Origin: Squalus acanthias
Lineage: Eukaryota
Reading direction: 5' to 3'
Assembly (NCBI GenBank): GCA_030390025.1
Contig: CM059431.1
Location: 129,148,001-129,212,000, forward strand
Length of the DNA: 64,000 nt
Shown here: in pieces, positions 22,358-34,280 of the stretch
How the letters are laid out: each line of letters starts with the position of its first letter
Position numbering within the stretch: the stretch's first letter is position 1
Notes under the pieces: model-generated
Told to the model about the DNA's origin: nothing
The model's database searches: none
What the model saw: only the letters and a program-made list of their open reading frames with translations
Program-made: the position numbers and the translations under genes

Positions 22358-24235
22358 ATGGATACTCAGAGGTCCAGGGAGAGAGCTCAGCGCTTCAGCG
22401 ACCAGGCATTGGTGGCTCTGGTTGGTGCTGTTGAATGGCGATGGGCAGTGCTCTTTCCAGAGAGTGGCAGGAGGTCATTGCCCTGCGAGTTTAGAAGAGT
22501 CTGGAGGGAGGTGGCCCAGCATGTGTCATCGCGGAGCCTGGTGCAGAGGACACATACACAGTGTCGCAAAAAGTTCAACGACCTCACTCGGGTGGTCAGG
22601 GTGAGTACCTGCTTTTCAATACCTCTACATCCCACCATCTCAACCTCATTCTGTGCACAGACGGTGTAAATACCCTAATGCCCAACACTCATCCAACAAC
22701 TATGGCCATCTCATAAAAGTCACATGCAGATCCCACACCTTGCACACATTAACGGCTATTCAACTATGATAGGCACATCTGCCAAACACATGGCTGCACA
22801 CTCACTCACACGCTGTCCTTTTTTCTCGCAGGCCAAGATTTCACATAACCGCCTGAGAGCAACAGTGGACGGAAGGAGGACAGGCGGACCTACACCCCCT
22901 CACAGAATTGGAGGAGAGAGTCCACAGACTCATTGCGAGCCAGGTAGTAGGCTCTGTGGCCGTTGGAGAGGTCGACCCCCTTGGGGACAGCAACGGTATG
23001 TTCATCAGCTTTCTCTCCTCGCTCATACCACCAGCCTTTTACACTTTCAATCTAACTAACTGTCTCCAGTCCTTGCTCCCTTTCTGCCCCCCTGCCCTCA
23101 CGTTAAAGCCACTCTTGTACCTTCCTGCTTTCAGATAGTGAACCACCAGCTGACCAGCCTGCCCCTCAGCCTGCCAGTGGCAGCGACGCACCAGAGGAGG
23201 AGGAAGCCAGAGCCTCAGCACCTGCATCTCCCGAGGGTGACACTTCCGACACTGGGGCCACGTGTTCACTGGAGGGGAGCAGGGGATTTGCATCTGATGT
23301 GGGTGAAGCTCTGGGACCCAGCGGGCTGCATCAACGCCATGGGGGAAGGGAAGCTCGGGGACCATCTCCCCGGAGGGTGAGTAGGCGCGCAAGTTCTGCT
23401 GCATAGGACTCCGATGAGGACCTCGATATCGCGGCCATGAATACGCAGGCGATGAGCATGCCCACTGAGCTCATGGGTACAATGACAAGGGTGCCCAACA
23501 GCATGGATGCACTGGCTGGAGTGTGGAGGAGTCCGCCGCCAGCACAGCTGTCATCTGTGCGCAAACCCTTCAACATATCCTTGCCTCGTTGCAGAGGATG
23601 GTTGAATTGCAGGGAGACTGTGGGGACCCAGAGCCCATGCGCATGTAATGGGTGAGGTGGCAGGATCTATTGCAGCCCAGGCCGACGCAACGCAACGGCT
23701 TAGTGCTGCAATCGAGTCATTGGCTGCTGCCATCCAGTCTCAGACTGCTCTCATGTAGTCTCAGATTGATGTCACGCAAGCGCTGACTGCTGCCATCCTC
23801 GCTGGGTCGTCCACAGTCCACCGGGAATCTCATGGTGTCGCAGCAGGCCAGCAATCTGTGCTTCAGCAGATTGCTCTGGATGCTGAGGTGCTGCCCCGGG
23901 GGAGTGGCAGTGTGCCGGTCGAGCAGGAAGGTGCTGCCCTCTCTCAGGAGGACAGCATTCCTGCTCCCACCACTGCCACTTAGCCATTGCCTGTAACACA
24001 GCCGGCCCAGACTGCTGCCACCCATGCAGAGTTGGTGCAGTCTGCAGCCCGGCCATCCAGGCCCAGAGCTGGTCGAGGGCACCCTTCAAGACCATCTGCA
24101 GTATCTGAATCCAACATTCAGCAGCCTTCCGCCAGCCTTGCTGCAGCCACTGGGGCCACATTACGGAGGAGCAGTAGTGTGGGAAGGGGGGAAGTGTGCA
24201 GAGGATGGAGATCACCCTCGAAGGCCAAAAAGTAA
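22358..24235 (+). pseudogene. Harbinger Myb/SANT-like gene, 3 exons (22358-22600, 22832-22995, 23135-24235)
   Basis: MDTQRSRERAQRFSDQALVALV...WREVA...RTHTQCRKKFNDLTRVVR followed by GTGAGT. Canonical CAG acceptors. Exon 1 open; exons 2-3 carry frameshifts and stops. Confidence 0.85.
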
Positions 24236-24525
24236 AAATCATGCAATAAATGGGGGGAATGTTTGTGGGAAAGTTTGATGTTCATCTTAATATATTGTTC
24301 ACTGTTTTGGCGCTAATCTCGATGTGGTAAGAACGAGTTTTGTTAGTTTATGAATTGTTGTGTTTGTTTGTAATTGTTTGTTCTGAATAACAGTTTGTCA
24401 TATAAATAAAACATTTTATTGGAACTTTTAACTTTGCTCATTGGAGCTTTGGCCGGCAATAGGGGCTGCAGGATGCTTGCAATGATGTGCTTGTTCATCT
24501 CAGAAGCCATCTTCTCTGTCATTCG

Positions 24526-25716
24526 TCAGAAGCGGTGTCCTATCAGGCATTCACAGACAGCCCTGACAGAGGCAACATTGTACCCCTCCCTCCCACATTG
24601 GTGCTGCTGATCCTCCTCTTCATCCTCCTCCGCCTCCTCCTCCTCTCCCTCCTCCTCCTCTCCCTCTTCCTCCCCCTGAAGTGGTGCACCAATCCCTGGT
24701 GGCAATGGCTGGGTCCTCATAATTGCAAGGCTGTAAAGCATGCAGCACACAACAATGAAAAGCGAGACTCACTCGGGAGAGTACTGCAGGGCTCCTCCAG
24801 CGTGGTCAAGACACCGGAACCGTTGCTTCAAGACGGCGATCGTCTGCTCAATGAGGTTCCTGGTGGCGCTATGGCTATCATTGTATGTGAGCTCAGCAGG
24901 AGTGTTGGGGTTACGGAGCGGTGTCGTCAGCCAAATGCAGAGTGGATAACCCTTGTCCCCGAGGAGCCAACCACGAGGTTGACGCAGTGGTTGGAAGAGG
25001 TCTGGGACACCAGTCTGGCGCAGGATGAAAGCATCGTGACTGCTGCCAGGATAGCGGGCATTGACGGCGAGTATCAGCTGTCTGTGGTCACACACCAACT
25101 GGACATTCAGAGAGTGGAAGCCCTTGCGGTTGCGGAACACCTCTGCATTTTCATGAGGTGCCCGCAATGCCACATGCGCGCAGTCAATGGCGCCCTGAAC
25201 CATGGGGAAGCCCGCTATCCAAGCAAAACCACATGTGCATTCATGCTGTTTGTCCCGGGTCATGGGGAAAGAGATGTACTCCCTTCTCCTTTTGTACAGA
25301 GCATTTGTGACCTCCCGGATGCAGCAATGGACAACAAACTGGGAGATATTCACTATGTCCCCAGTTGAAGCCTGGAAGGAGCCGCTGGCATAGAAATTCA
25401 GAGCCACCGTCATCTTCACTGCCACCGACAGAGACGTCCTGGTCCTGAGCTGAGGCTGCAGATCTGGTTGCAGGAGGTGGCAGAGCTCAGTGACCACCTC
25501 CTTGCTGAAGGGCAGCCTTCTGAAACACTGTTCCTCAGACAAATGAATGTAGGAGAATTGCTCCCGGAATACCCTGGGAGGGTAAGGTCTCCTGTGCAGA
25601 GGCCTGTTGGCCCTCCTCCCTCTGGCCACGTTTGCCGCTCTCTCTCTCTCTCTGCGCCTCTGCTGCCTCCGAAGGTGAAGCTGGAGGATGACGACCCGAG
25701 TTAGTAGAGCCCCCAT
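24526..25716 (-). pseudogene. Harbinger DDE transposase, intact apart from one in-frame stop at 24769-24771
   Basis: 315-aa ORF with GAIDCAHV, GDKGY and RNLIEQTI (D-D-E). After YSPE* the same frame continues VSLFIVVCCMLYSLA and an acidic tail to the stop at 24526. Confidence 0.92.
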
Positions 25717-27147
25717 TTAATCTTCTAAATGTTGTAAATATGAAGATCAGTGAAATAGGAACCTGAAAAGTGTTGCTCAGGACCAAAACTCCTTGTAGGA
25801 CAGCGTTAAATTTCTCCAGACGTCTCTCTCCCTCTCAACCTGCGTATGGCAAAAATTTTGCCAATAAGAAAAAGCAGGAAGCGCACGCCTTTAAACAGCC
25901 CTCCCCCAGCTCCTTGCCAACTGCAAAATGTCCCCCTCTGCCTGTCGTTCCTAGTGGCAGGCACTAAGGCAGGGGGCGAGAATCAATTTCCGGTCTGGGG
26001 CGCTACCGGGGCGTTGCACACTTGGATGACGTCACGATCTCCGGGCGCAGGATATCGTGGCAGTAGTGTTTAGCACCACTGCAAAGCGGCAGGTCAATTT
26101 CGCGGGCGGCGTTAAAAACGCCGCGCTCGGACGATAATATGTTAGCGCCCCGTTAGCGTCCCCGGAGGCGCTAACGGGAGGCGCTAACCAACCCAATTTT
26201 TCCCCCGTAGAATGTTACTGCTTAACAGCAAAGCATCAGGAGAAAACAGCTTCTATTATGCTGCGTGATCTTTAAATCTTTAAGGCATCCAAAGCTTCAT
26301 CTCATTATAACTTGGCCCTTTTAGAAAAGTCAGCAGTAAGTACTGTAAATTTACCAGTTCTCAGATTTTACATTTATAATGGTTGGTTGACAATTTAACT
26401 TGACATCCATTTGTTGCATTGGAATATTAGATTGAATCACTTAAAAAAAAAGCCTTTAGTGGTGCAGCATTTTACAGATCATTTCTCATAACCTATTATT
26501 TTTTTTCAAAAGTAGGAAAATCAAATTTACCAGTCTCTGCCCAGGTTTATGTCAATAATTCATTACAAATATATTTTTCTCCAAATTTTTAGTCCAGCAT
26601 TAATGGGATTTTGGTCTAGCATGCATAGCAGCCAATCTAATGCTATCTGGACAAATTAGCCCGAAAGCACGTTTATGTTACAAGAGTCATTTTTCACCCT
26701 GAAGAGTCCTGAAGCTTGCTATTACCTCCAGCGCCAAGGTCAAATAATTTCTGGTTTGAAATGCCATAGTTTAGGTTTTTCTTTGCACTTAATTGGTACA
26801 AGTTTACTCATGCTCCAGTTATTAAGGTTTTAGATTGTCAGTAAAGGTAAATCATTTTTAAATAAATTTCCTTTGAGTATTGTTTCAACATTGGTTCTCT
26901 CACATATTTTTAAACCTATTTTCCGCTGTTGTTTCAATCCCAGATATCATTTTAGAGTTAGTGGTCTCTTTATTTCAAATTTTAGTCTTATTATAAATAC
27001 AGTTTTCATGAGAAACATAAACCTTGAAATGAGTATGAGTAATAATTTCACACAAAAGCTTAACACAACCTCTCAAATTCCTCTGTCTACTATTTAAGCA
27101 CTATTATTAATCCATCCAAAATAAACAGGTAGTGCCTCAATTAAAAT

Positions 27148-27541
27148 GAGAAGTCGCACAACACCAGGTTATAGTCCAACAGATTTATTTAATTTTACAA
27201 GCTTTCGGAGCGGTTCGCTCCTTCCTCAGGTAGGGTAGCAGTGAGAGAATCTCCCAGAATTCACAATATAAACACAGAGAAAATCTATTCAAATCTTTCC
27301 CTACATCAAAGACACACTAAGAGCACAGCCAAGACAATGAGATGTGTCCCAGGGGGTCCAACGTGTCAAAACACCTGCTGGCTGCATATCCTGTCAATTT
27401 GTGTTGGTTCTTGTGTTAGTCTTTTTAAAAAAAAACACCTGGAAAGACCGGCCGTGATGTCAAGTCACGTTCTGTATCGTGACATGAACCCGATATCGCG
27501 ATTGAGGCCATCCTCATGAGTGCGGAACTTGGCTATCAGTT
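27148..27541 (-). mobile_element. 5'-truncated Penelope-like element (ORF end, 3'UTR and pLTR)
   Basis: 11-bp TSD TCAATTAAAAT (27137-27147, 27542-27552). Encodes KLIAKFRTHEDGLNRDIGFMSRY, like the end of ORF 29491-31140. pLTR shared with 29076 and 33031. Confidence 0.88.
27196..27232 (-). ncRNA. Minimal type I hammerhead ribozyme motif
   Basis: Minus strand reads UAC-CUGAGGA-A-GGAGCG/AAC/CGCUCC-GAAA-GC-UU-GUA. Confidence 0.78.
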
Positions 27542-28612
27542 TCAATTAAAATAGCAGAGAGCGGAATTTGTTAAGAGGGAGAGCCTGTGCTTTGACTTTT
27601 CTGAGCCTCTAGTACAGGAAAAAGCTGTGACAGTTGCAGTGCACATTGGGTGTGCTGCCCCTGTTTAGTGTCTGGGCAGAGATGGGCCAAGAAAATCGGC
27701 TCTCAGCAACATTATACCATGTAAAAACGTGGTTATATAGTGCTTTCACAACCTCAGGATGTCCCAGGAACACCAAAGATGAAAATATACCCTTTTATTT
27801 CATACACTGTCCTTTTCCTTTCACCTGCCATGGAGACCCTTGGGGGTACAAACTTCTAATAGCCAGACAAATGGACTTGTCCGTTTCTATAAGTGGGTAT
27901 CTGGGATGTATGTTGAGTTGAGAGGGGATGCTGGACCTTGAGGCTGGGATAGAGAGATTATGGAGAAGGCACAGCCATTGAATGCATGATCTGGGAATGC
28001 ACCTCTATTGTTGCTGTGGCCTGTCTGTTATTATTACAGGTAGTTCTCTTATTACTGAGTTGCCGACTGGGCTGTTATTGCTGTTGTGATCTGTCTGTTT
28101 TACGGTTCTCAAATAAAGTAATATTATTAGCAGGATACAGTTCTCCTTGTATTTATTATTATTACTGTGGCTTGACCTCATTATATAATTTCATTAATGA
28201 TTATGATTGTTCAGAAAGGGCAAAGTCAGGCATTTGACACTGATCTGCATGGATGCGGGCTGAAAAACTGAGAAATAGTGAGGCCAAGACTATGGCTGGA
28301 AGATTGCTGCTTGAATGAATGAATGAAGCCAGAAGTTTGTTTATGTTTTCAGTTTTCCTTCCGATGCCTATTAACTTTCTGACAAACTCAAAAAACTGCT
28401 CAGCACTGTTGTAACCTGGTCAGCAAGTTATGGTGATTCACTTCATCACCCCATCAGCTAATAGTATTCTTAAACACCAACTGGTCAAGAACCGAGTGAT
28501 GGCAGCTTTAAACAACAGCAAACAGGTGCGGATTGTCTTCCTCCAAGACACAGTTACAGTTTGAAGTCTGCATCTATTACAGTGCAATTTACTTCACAGA
28601 ACATCATACATC

Positions 28613-28741
28613 CAATGTTCCCTCTAATTTCTTTCCTGCGTGGGCCCTTTAAATTTGTTGCGCGGCATTATTTCTTCCAGCAGCAGCAGCTGGTGAGTGG
28701 CCGCAATTGATGCGTGGCCGCGCACCTTAGGGGGAACATTG
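28613..28741. mobile_element. Short hAT-type MITE
   Basis: TIRs CAATGTTCCCTCTAA / TTAGGGGGAACATTG. Partially matching 8-bp flanks CATACATC / CGTACACT. Confidence 0.7.
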
Positions 28742-29122
28742 CGTACACTTTTCCTGAGCCTATTTTTTCTTATTCTGCGTCTTTTTTTTTTGTTCTTCAG
28801 CCTTTCTTCAAGCAGCTCGCCATCAAGATGCACAGTCAACCAGCTCCCAGAGCTCTCTGCACTCTCAAAACATGCACCCGCCCTCTGCTCAGGTGATTGA
28901 ACCAAAGGGTCTATCGACACAGGATCTGTGGGTTTTACTTTGCGACCCATTGGCGCCTCATGAGCCTGTCTTCCTCATCTAAACTATGCACTGCTACGGG
29001 AACTAGCAAAGGAATAACCATACTTGCCACTTTACATGGTGCTATTTAACTGGCAACAGTAACTAAGATAAATGAGAGAAGTCGCACAACACCAGGTTAT
29101 AGTCCAACAGTTTTATTTGAAA

Positions 29123-29159
29123 TCACAAGCTTTCGGAGCGCTGCTCCTTCGTCAGGTGA
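29123..29159 (-). ncRNA. Minimal type I hammerhead ribozyme motif
   Basis: Minus strand reads UCAC-CUGACGA-A-GGAGC/AGC/GCUCC-GAAA-GC-UU-GUGA, followed by AATAAA. Confidence 0.8.
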
Positions 29160-29490
29160 AGTGAAGAGATGTATATAGGCACAGCATATATAGTCAGAGA
29201 ACACTGCCAGATGATTACAGTTAATCTTTCTAACTGCCCTTTATCACACCTCGGCAGAGAGATAATCACGGCAATCAAAGGTGTGGATGGTGTCCAAACA
29301 GGTCAGTCAGGAAAACATTACATCAAAGACAATGAGGTGGGGTCACAAGGGGTCAATGTGGCAGATGCTGGGGTCTGTATGGAAAACCAAAAACTTTTTT
29401 TGCTGGAAATCACAGCAGGTCCGGCCGCATCTGTGTGGAGAGAACAAGCCAACGACGACTCAAGTCTGGATGACTCTACGTCAGGTGGGG

Positions 29491-31735
29491 TTACATGTAG
29501 CGTGACATGAACCCAAGATCCCGATTGAGGCCTTCCTCATGGGTGCGCAACTTGGCTATCAGTTTCTGCTCGACGATTTTGCGTTGTCGTGTGTCTCGAA
29601 GGCCGCCTTGGAGAACGCTTACCCGAAGATCGGAGGCTGAATGTCCTTGACTGCTGAAGTGTTCCCCGACTGGGAGGGAACAGTCCTGCCTGGCGATTGT
29701 TGCGCGGTGTCCGTTCATACGTTGTTGCAGTGTCTGCATGGTCTCGCCGATGTACCATGCTCCGGGGCATCCTTTCCTGCAACGTATGAGGTAGACACCG
29801 TTGGCAGAGTCACATGAGTATGTACCATGTACCTGGTGGGTGGTGTCCTCACGTGTGATGATGGTATCTGTGTTAATGATCTGGCATGTCTTACAGAGGT
29901 TGCCGTGGCAGGGTTGTGTGGTGTCGTGGTCGCTGTTCTCCTGAAAGCAGGGTAATTTGCTGCGAACGATGGTCTGTTTGAGGTTAGGCGGCTGTTTGAA
30001 GGCGAGTAGTGGAGGCGTGGGGATGGCCTTAGCGAGGTGTTCGTCGTCATCGATGACATGTTGAAGGCTGCGAAGAACATGGCATAGTTTCTCCGCTCCG
30101 GGGAAGTACTGGACGACGTAGGGTACTCTGTTGGTTGTGTCCCGTGTTCGTCTTCTGAGGAGGTCTATGCGATTTTTCACTGTGGCCCGTCGGAACTGTT
30201 GATCGACGAGTCGAGCGTCATATCCCATTCTTACGAGGGCGTCTTTCAGCGTCTGTAGGTGTCCATCGCGTTCCTCCTTGTCTGAGCAGATCCTGTGTAT
30301 TCGCAGGGCTTGTCCATAGGGGATGGCTTCGTTAATGTGGTTAGGGTGGAAGCTGGAGGAGTGGAGCATCGTGAGGTTGTCCGTGGGCTTGCGGTAGAGT
30401 GAAGTGCTGAGGTGTCCGTCTTTGATGGAGATTCGTGTGTCCAAGAATGAAACCAATTCTGAGGAGTAGTCCATGGTGAGTTTGATGGTGGGATGGAACT
30501 TGTTGGTGTTATCATGTAGTCTTTTCAGTGATTCTTCACCATGGGTCCATAGGAAGAAAATGTCGTCGATGTATCTGGTGTATAGCGTTGGTTGGAGGTC
30601 CTGTGCAGCGAAGAAGTCTTGCTCGAACTTGTGCATGAAGATGTTGGCGTATTGGGGTGCGAATTTGGTCCCCATGGCTGTTCTGTGTGTTTGGGTAAAA
30701 AACTGGTTGTCGAAGGTGAAGACATTGTGGTCAAGGATGAAGCGGATGAGCTGTCGGATGGTGTCTGGAGATTGGCTGTTGTTGGTGTTGAGTACTGAGG
30801 CTGTCGCAGCGATGCCGTCATCGTGGGGGATACTGGTGTAGAGTGCCGAGATGTCCATCGTGGCGAGGAGTGTTCCTGGTTCAATAGGTCCGTGGGTGCT
30901 GAGTTTCTGTAAGAAGTCTGTAGTGTCGCGACAGAAGCTGGGGGTTCCCTGTACGATGGGTTTCAGGATGCCCTCAACGTATCCAGAGACGTTCTCACAC
31001 AGGGTTCCGTTGCCTGATACGATAGGACATCCGGGTGTGTTGGCTTTGTGTATCTTTGGGAGGCAGTAGAAGTCTCCCACGCGGGGAGTGCGTGGGATGA
31101 GAGCTTGTAGGATGCTTTGAAGGTCTGGATTGGGCAACACGGTGGCATAGTGGTTAGCACTGTTGCCTCACAGCGCCAGGGACCCGGGTTCGAATCCGGC
31201 CTCGGGTGACTGTCTGTGTGGAGTTTGCACATTCTCCCCGTGTCTGCGTGGGTTTCCTCCGGGTGCTCCGGTTTCCTCCCACAGTCCAAAGATGTGCGGG
31301 TTAGGTTGATTTGGCGATGATAAATTGATCCTTAGTGTTTGGTGGGGTTACGGGGATAGGGTGGGATATGTGTTGGTGCAGGCTCGATGGGCCGAAATGG
31401 CCTCTATCTGCACTGTGGGGATTCTGTGGATTCTGTGATGTGAAGGTCTTGATCAGTCTATTGAGTTGGCGGGTGTGTTCTTTGGTCGGATCTGCGGGTA
31501 ACTGTCTGTAGTGTTCCTGGTTGTCCAGTTGTCGGTATGCTTATTTGCAATAGTCCATTCTGTTCTGTATGACGATGGCTCCTCCTTTGTTCGCTGGTTT
31601 GATGATGATGTTGCGGTTGGTCTTGAGAGCATGGATGGCATTGCGTTGTGCTCGGGTGACATTCTGGACTGTCTTGTGAGTGCGGCTGATGAATCTGGCA
31701 TTGATGCATCTCCTGACAGCTTGAGCATACATGTC
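29491..31735 (-). pseudogene. Penelope-like reverse transcriptase / GIY-YIG endonuclease
   Basis: IIIKPANKGG (DKG-motif region, 5' of the SINE). FYCLPKIHK, MDISALYTSIP, TAMGTKFAP, RYIDD, CHGNLCKTC linker and GVYLIRC...WYIGET. Open for ~547 codons downstream of the SINE. Confidence 0.92.
31132..31440 (+). mobile_element. HE1-type V-SINE (elasmobranch)
   Basis: tRNA head GGTGGCATAGTGGTTAGC...GGTTCGAATCC. V-domain GTGGAGTTTGCACATTCTCCCCGTGTCTGCGTGGGTTTCCTCCGGGTGCTCCGGTTTCCTCCCACAGTCCAAAGA. CR1-like tail ending in GATTCTGT repeats. Confidence 0.92.
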
Positions 31736-32417
31736 AAGATAAATGAATGGAAAGTGCTGGAGAAAAAAAAAGCAAAAATTGCATAAATGGCAGAATAGCA
31801 AAACCAGCCAATGCACAAAATGTATTTCAAATTAAAGAACTCATTTTTAACAGCAACTCAATCAACAATCTCCCTTTGAGCAGGCCAGCTTCCAGTACTC
31901 CTGATGCACTAATTTAGTGTGGATGAGGTGCATTGTGGGCAAACCCTCACTCAGAGTGAAATTTGGCATTAGACCAGATTAAAATAAATATTACATGCTA
32001 ATGAGGCTTGTGTATGCCTGTGACACAGCCTCATTCTGTCAAAATCGCACATCATAGGCATGTAGCAAATCAGGAGTGAGTTCAGAGCACGATTTTCCAA
32101 CCCACATCTGCCACCACCAAAATTTAAATATTTTCATGTTTCTGCAATCTGAAATTTATTTTTCATGCTGAAAAATCACTCACAATTTCTACCTTAATGA
32201 AAAAGAGAATGCAAATATTTCTCCATAATTAACAACCCACAAATAAAACATTGTTCCCAAATATTGCATTTTTCGAAGGTGCATGTTTGCACAATTTCAT
32301 TAGCAAGCCATCAACTACACCGTAAAATAAATGTTCCATTTCTCACTGAGAGTGGAAACTCAACCCTTGAGGAGACAAGAATGCTCGACTGGTCACATGA
32401 TGCTTCCATGTACTTTA

Positions 32418-32870
32418 CATAAAATTATATAGAATATACGGCAGAGAAACAGGCCATTCGGCCCAACCAGTCCATGCTGGTGTTTATGCTGCACTCGAGC
32501 CTGCTCCCATCCTTCCTCATCTAACTCTGTCAGCATAATCCTCTATTCCCTTCTCCCTCATATGCTTATCTAGCTTCCCCTTAAATGCATCTGTATTATT
32601 CGCCTCAACTACGCCCTGTGGCAGTGAGTTCCACATTCTCACCAGTCTCTGGGTAAAAATGTTTATTCTGAATTCCCTATTTGATCTCTTGGTGACTATC
32701 TTATATTGATGGCCTCTAGTTTTGCTCTTCCCCACAAGTGGAAACATTCTCTCTGTGTCTACTCCATTAAAACTTTTCATAATTTTAAAGACCTCTATTA
32801 AGTCATCCCTCAGCCTTCACTTTCAAGAGAAAAGAGACCCAGGTTGTTCATCCTTTCCTGATAGGTATAA
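32418..32870 (-). mobile_element. CR1 3' fragment
   Basis: ORF 32517-32780 (FTQRLVRMWNSLPQGVVEA). Same subfamily as 10687-11256. Confidence 0.88.
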
Positions 32871-33082
32871 TTTTAGCCATGAATGTTCAGTTTGTGAAGC
32901 ATCCAATGCAATCAGGGATTTGAGTTGAGACTTGTGTTTGACACTACCTCAAGTTGTTCCATTAACCTATCCAATCCCTTCCAGTAAATATTACTTTATT
33001 TTGTAGTTTAACTCTGCTTAACTCTAGATTAAAATGAGAAGTCGCACAACACCAGGTTATAGTCCAACAGATTTATTTAAAA

Positions 33083-33120
33083 TTACAAGCTTTCGGAGCT
33101 GTTGCCCCTTCCTCAGGTAA
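33083..33120 (-). ncRNA. Minimal type I hammerhead ribozyme motif
   Basis: Minus strand reads UUAC-CUGAGGA-A-GGGGC/AACA/GCUCC-GAAA-GC-UU-GUAA. Confidence 0.78.
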
Positions 33121-33672
33121 AGTTACAATGAGTGAATCTACAAAAGTTCACAGTATATAAACACAGAAACTGCAGAGATACAATCTTTCAGGGAAGGTGT
33201 CCTTACATCAAAGACACACCAAGAGCACAGCCAAGACAATGAGACGTGTCGCAGGGGGTCCAACGTGTCAAATCCTGCTGTCTGCAGTGTTTTTTTTGGG
33301 GGTTTGTTTTTTGTGTTTGTTTTTTTTTGTGTTTTTTTTTAAAAACTGGAAAGACAGACAACGATGTCGAGTCACGTTCTGTAGCGTGGCATGAACCCGA
33401 TATCCCTATTACAGAACGTGACTCGACATCGTTGTCTGTCTTTCCAGTTTTTAAAAAAAAACACAAAAAAAAAACACAAAAAACAAACCCCCCCAAAAAA
33501 AACACTGCAGACAGCAGGATTTGACACGTTGGACCCCCTGGGACACATCTCATTGTCTTGGCTGTGCTCTTGGTGTGTCTTTGATGTAAGGACACCTTCC
33601 CTGAAAGATTGTATCTCTGCAGTTTCTGTGTTTATATACTGTGAACTTTTGTAGATTCACTCATTGTAACTG

Positions 33673-33708
33673 TACCTGAGGAAGGGGCGACAGCTCCGAA
33701 AGCTTGTA
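33673..33708 (+). ncRNA. Minimal type I hammerhead ribozyme motif
   Basis: Plus strand reads UAC-CUGAGGA-A-GGGGC/GACA/GCUCC-GAAA-GC-UU-GUA, with AATAAA at 33715-33720. Confidence 0.78.
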
Positions 33709-33874
33709 ATTTTAAATAAATCTGTTGGACTATAACCTGGTGTTGTGCGACTTCTCACTTTTGTCCACCCCAGTCCAACGCCGGCATCTCCGCATCATAA
33801 CTCTAGATTGCTGACAGGTGTGCATTTCTGTTCTTATAAAGCACCAGTTACAGAATGTGTTAGCATGTATCTTA

Positions 33875-34280
33875 GCCCACTCCAAAGACTTGAGCACAAA
33901 ATCCAGGCTGACATTTTAATGTAGTACGAAGGCAGGGCTGCACTGTCACAGGTGCCATCTTTTGGATGAGATGTTAAAATGAGGAGACCCAGTCTGTCTT
34001 CTCAGGTGGGCAGACAAGATTCCATAGCACCATTCGAATAAGAGCAGAGGAGTTCTCCCCAGTGTCTTGATCAATATTTATCCCTCAACCAACAACCTAA
34101 AATAGATTATCTGATCATTTATCTTACTGCTGTTTATGGGACCTTGCTGTGCGTAAATTGGCTGCCGTGCTTCCCTACATTACAATAGTGACTGCAGTTC
34201 AAAAAAAGTACTTCATTGACTGTAAAGCGCTTTGGGCATCTTGAGGACATGAAAGACACTACATAAATACAAGTCCTTAT
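33875..34280 (+). mobile_element. DeuSINE (SacSINE1-like), 5'-truncated
   Basis: Colinear homology to 16765-17150, including the Deu-domain ggtgccatcttttggatgagatgttaaa. Confidence 0.8.

Larger units (their letters stand above)
22246..26206. mobile_element. PIF/Harbinger transposon H2 (left terminus apparently lost)
   Basis: Convergent Myb-like (+) and transposase (-) genes. GC-rich subterminal AGCGCC/GGCGCTAA repeats and terminus CCAATTTTTCCCCC (26193-26206). Left side abuts an L2-like fragment (~22096-22245). Confidence 0.88.
29076..31735 (-). mobile_element. Penelope-like retroelement (probably Neptune clade), 5'-truncated, interrupted by an HE1 SINE
   Basis: 11-bp TSD AAGATAAATGA (29065-29075, 31736-31746). 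RT plus GIY-YIG ORF. pLTR with hammerhead at the 3' end. Confidence 0.93.
33031..33797. mobile_element. Fold-back (inverted-pLTR) Penelope-like insertion
   Basis: 12-bp TSD TAACTCTAGATT (33019-33030, 33798-33809). ~33035-33385 is the near-perfect reverse complement of ~33410-33757. An extra 40-bp pLTR tail lies at 33758-33797. Confidence 0.92.

Noticed and set aside
24487..25368. 293-aa plus-strand ORF
   Set aside because: Antisense shadow of the Harbinger transposase, with no independent motifs.
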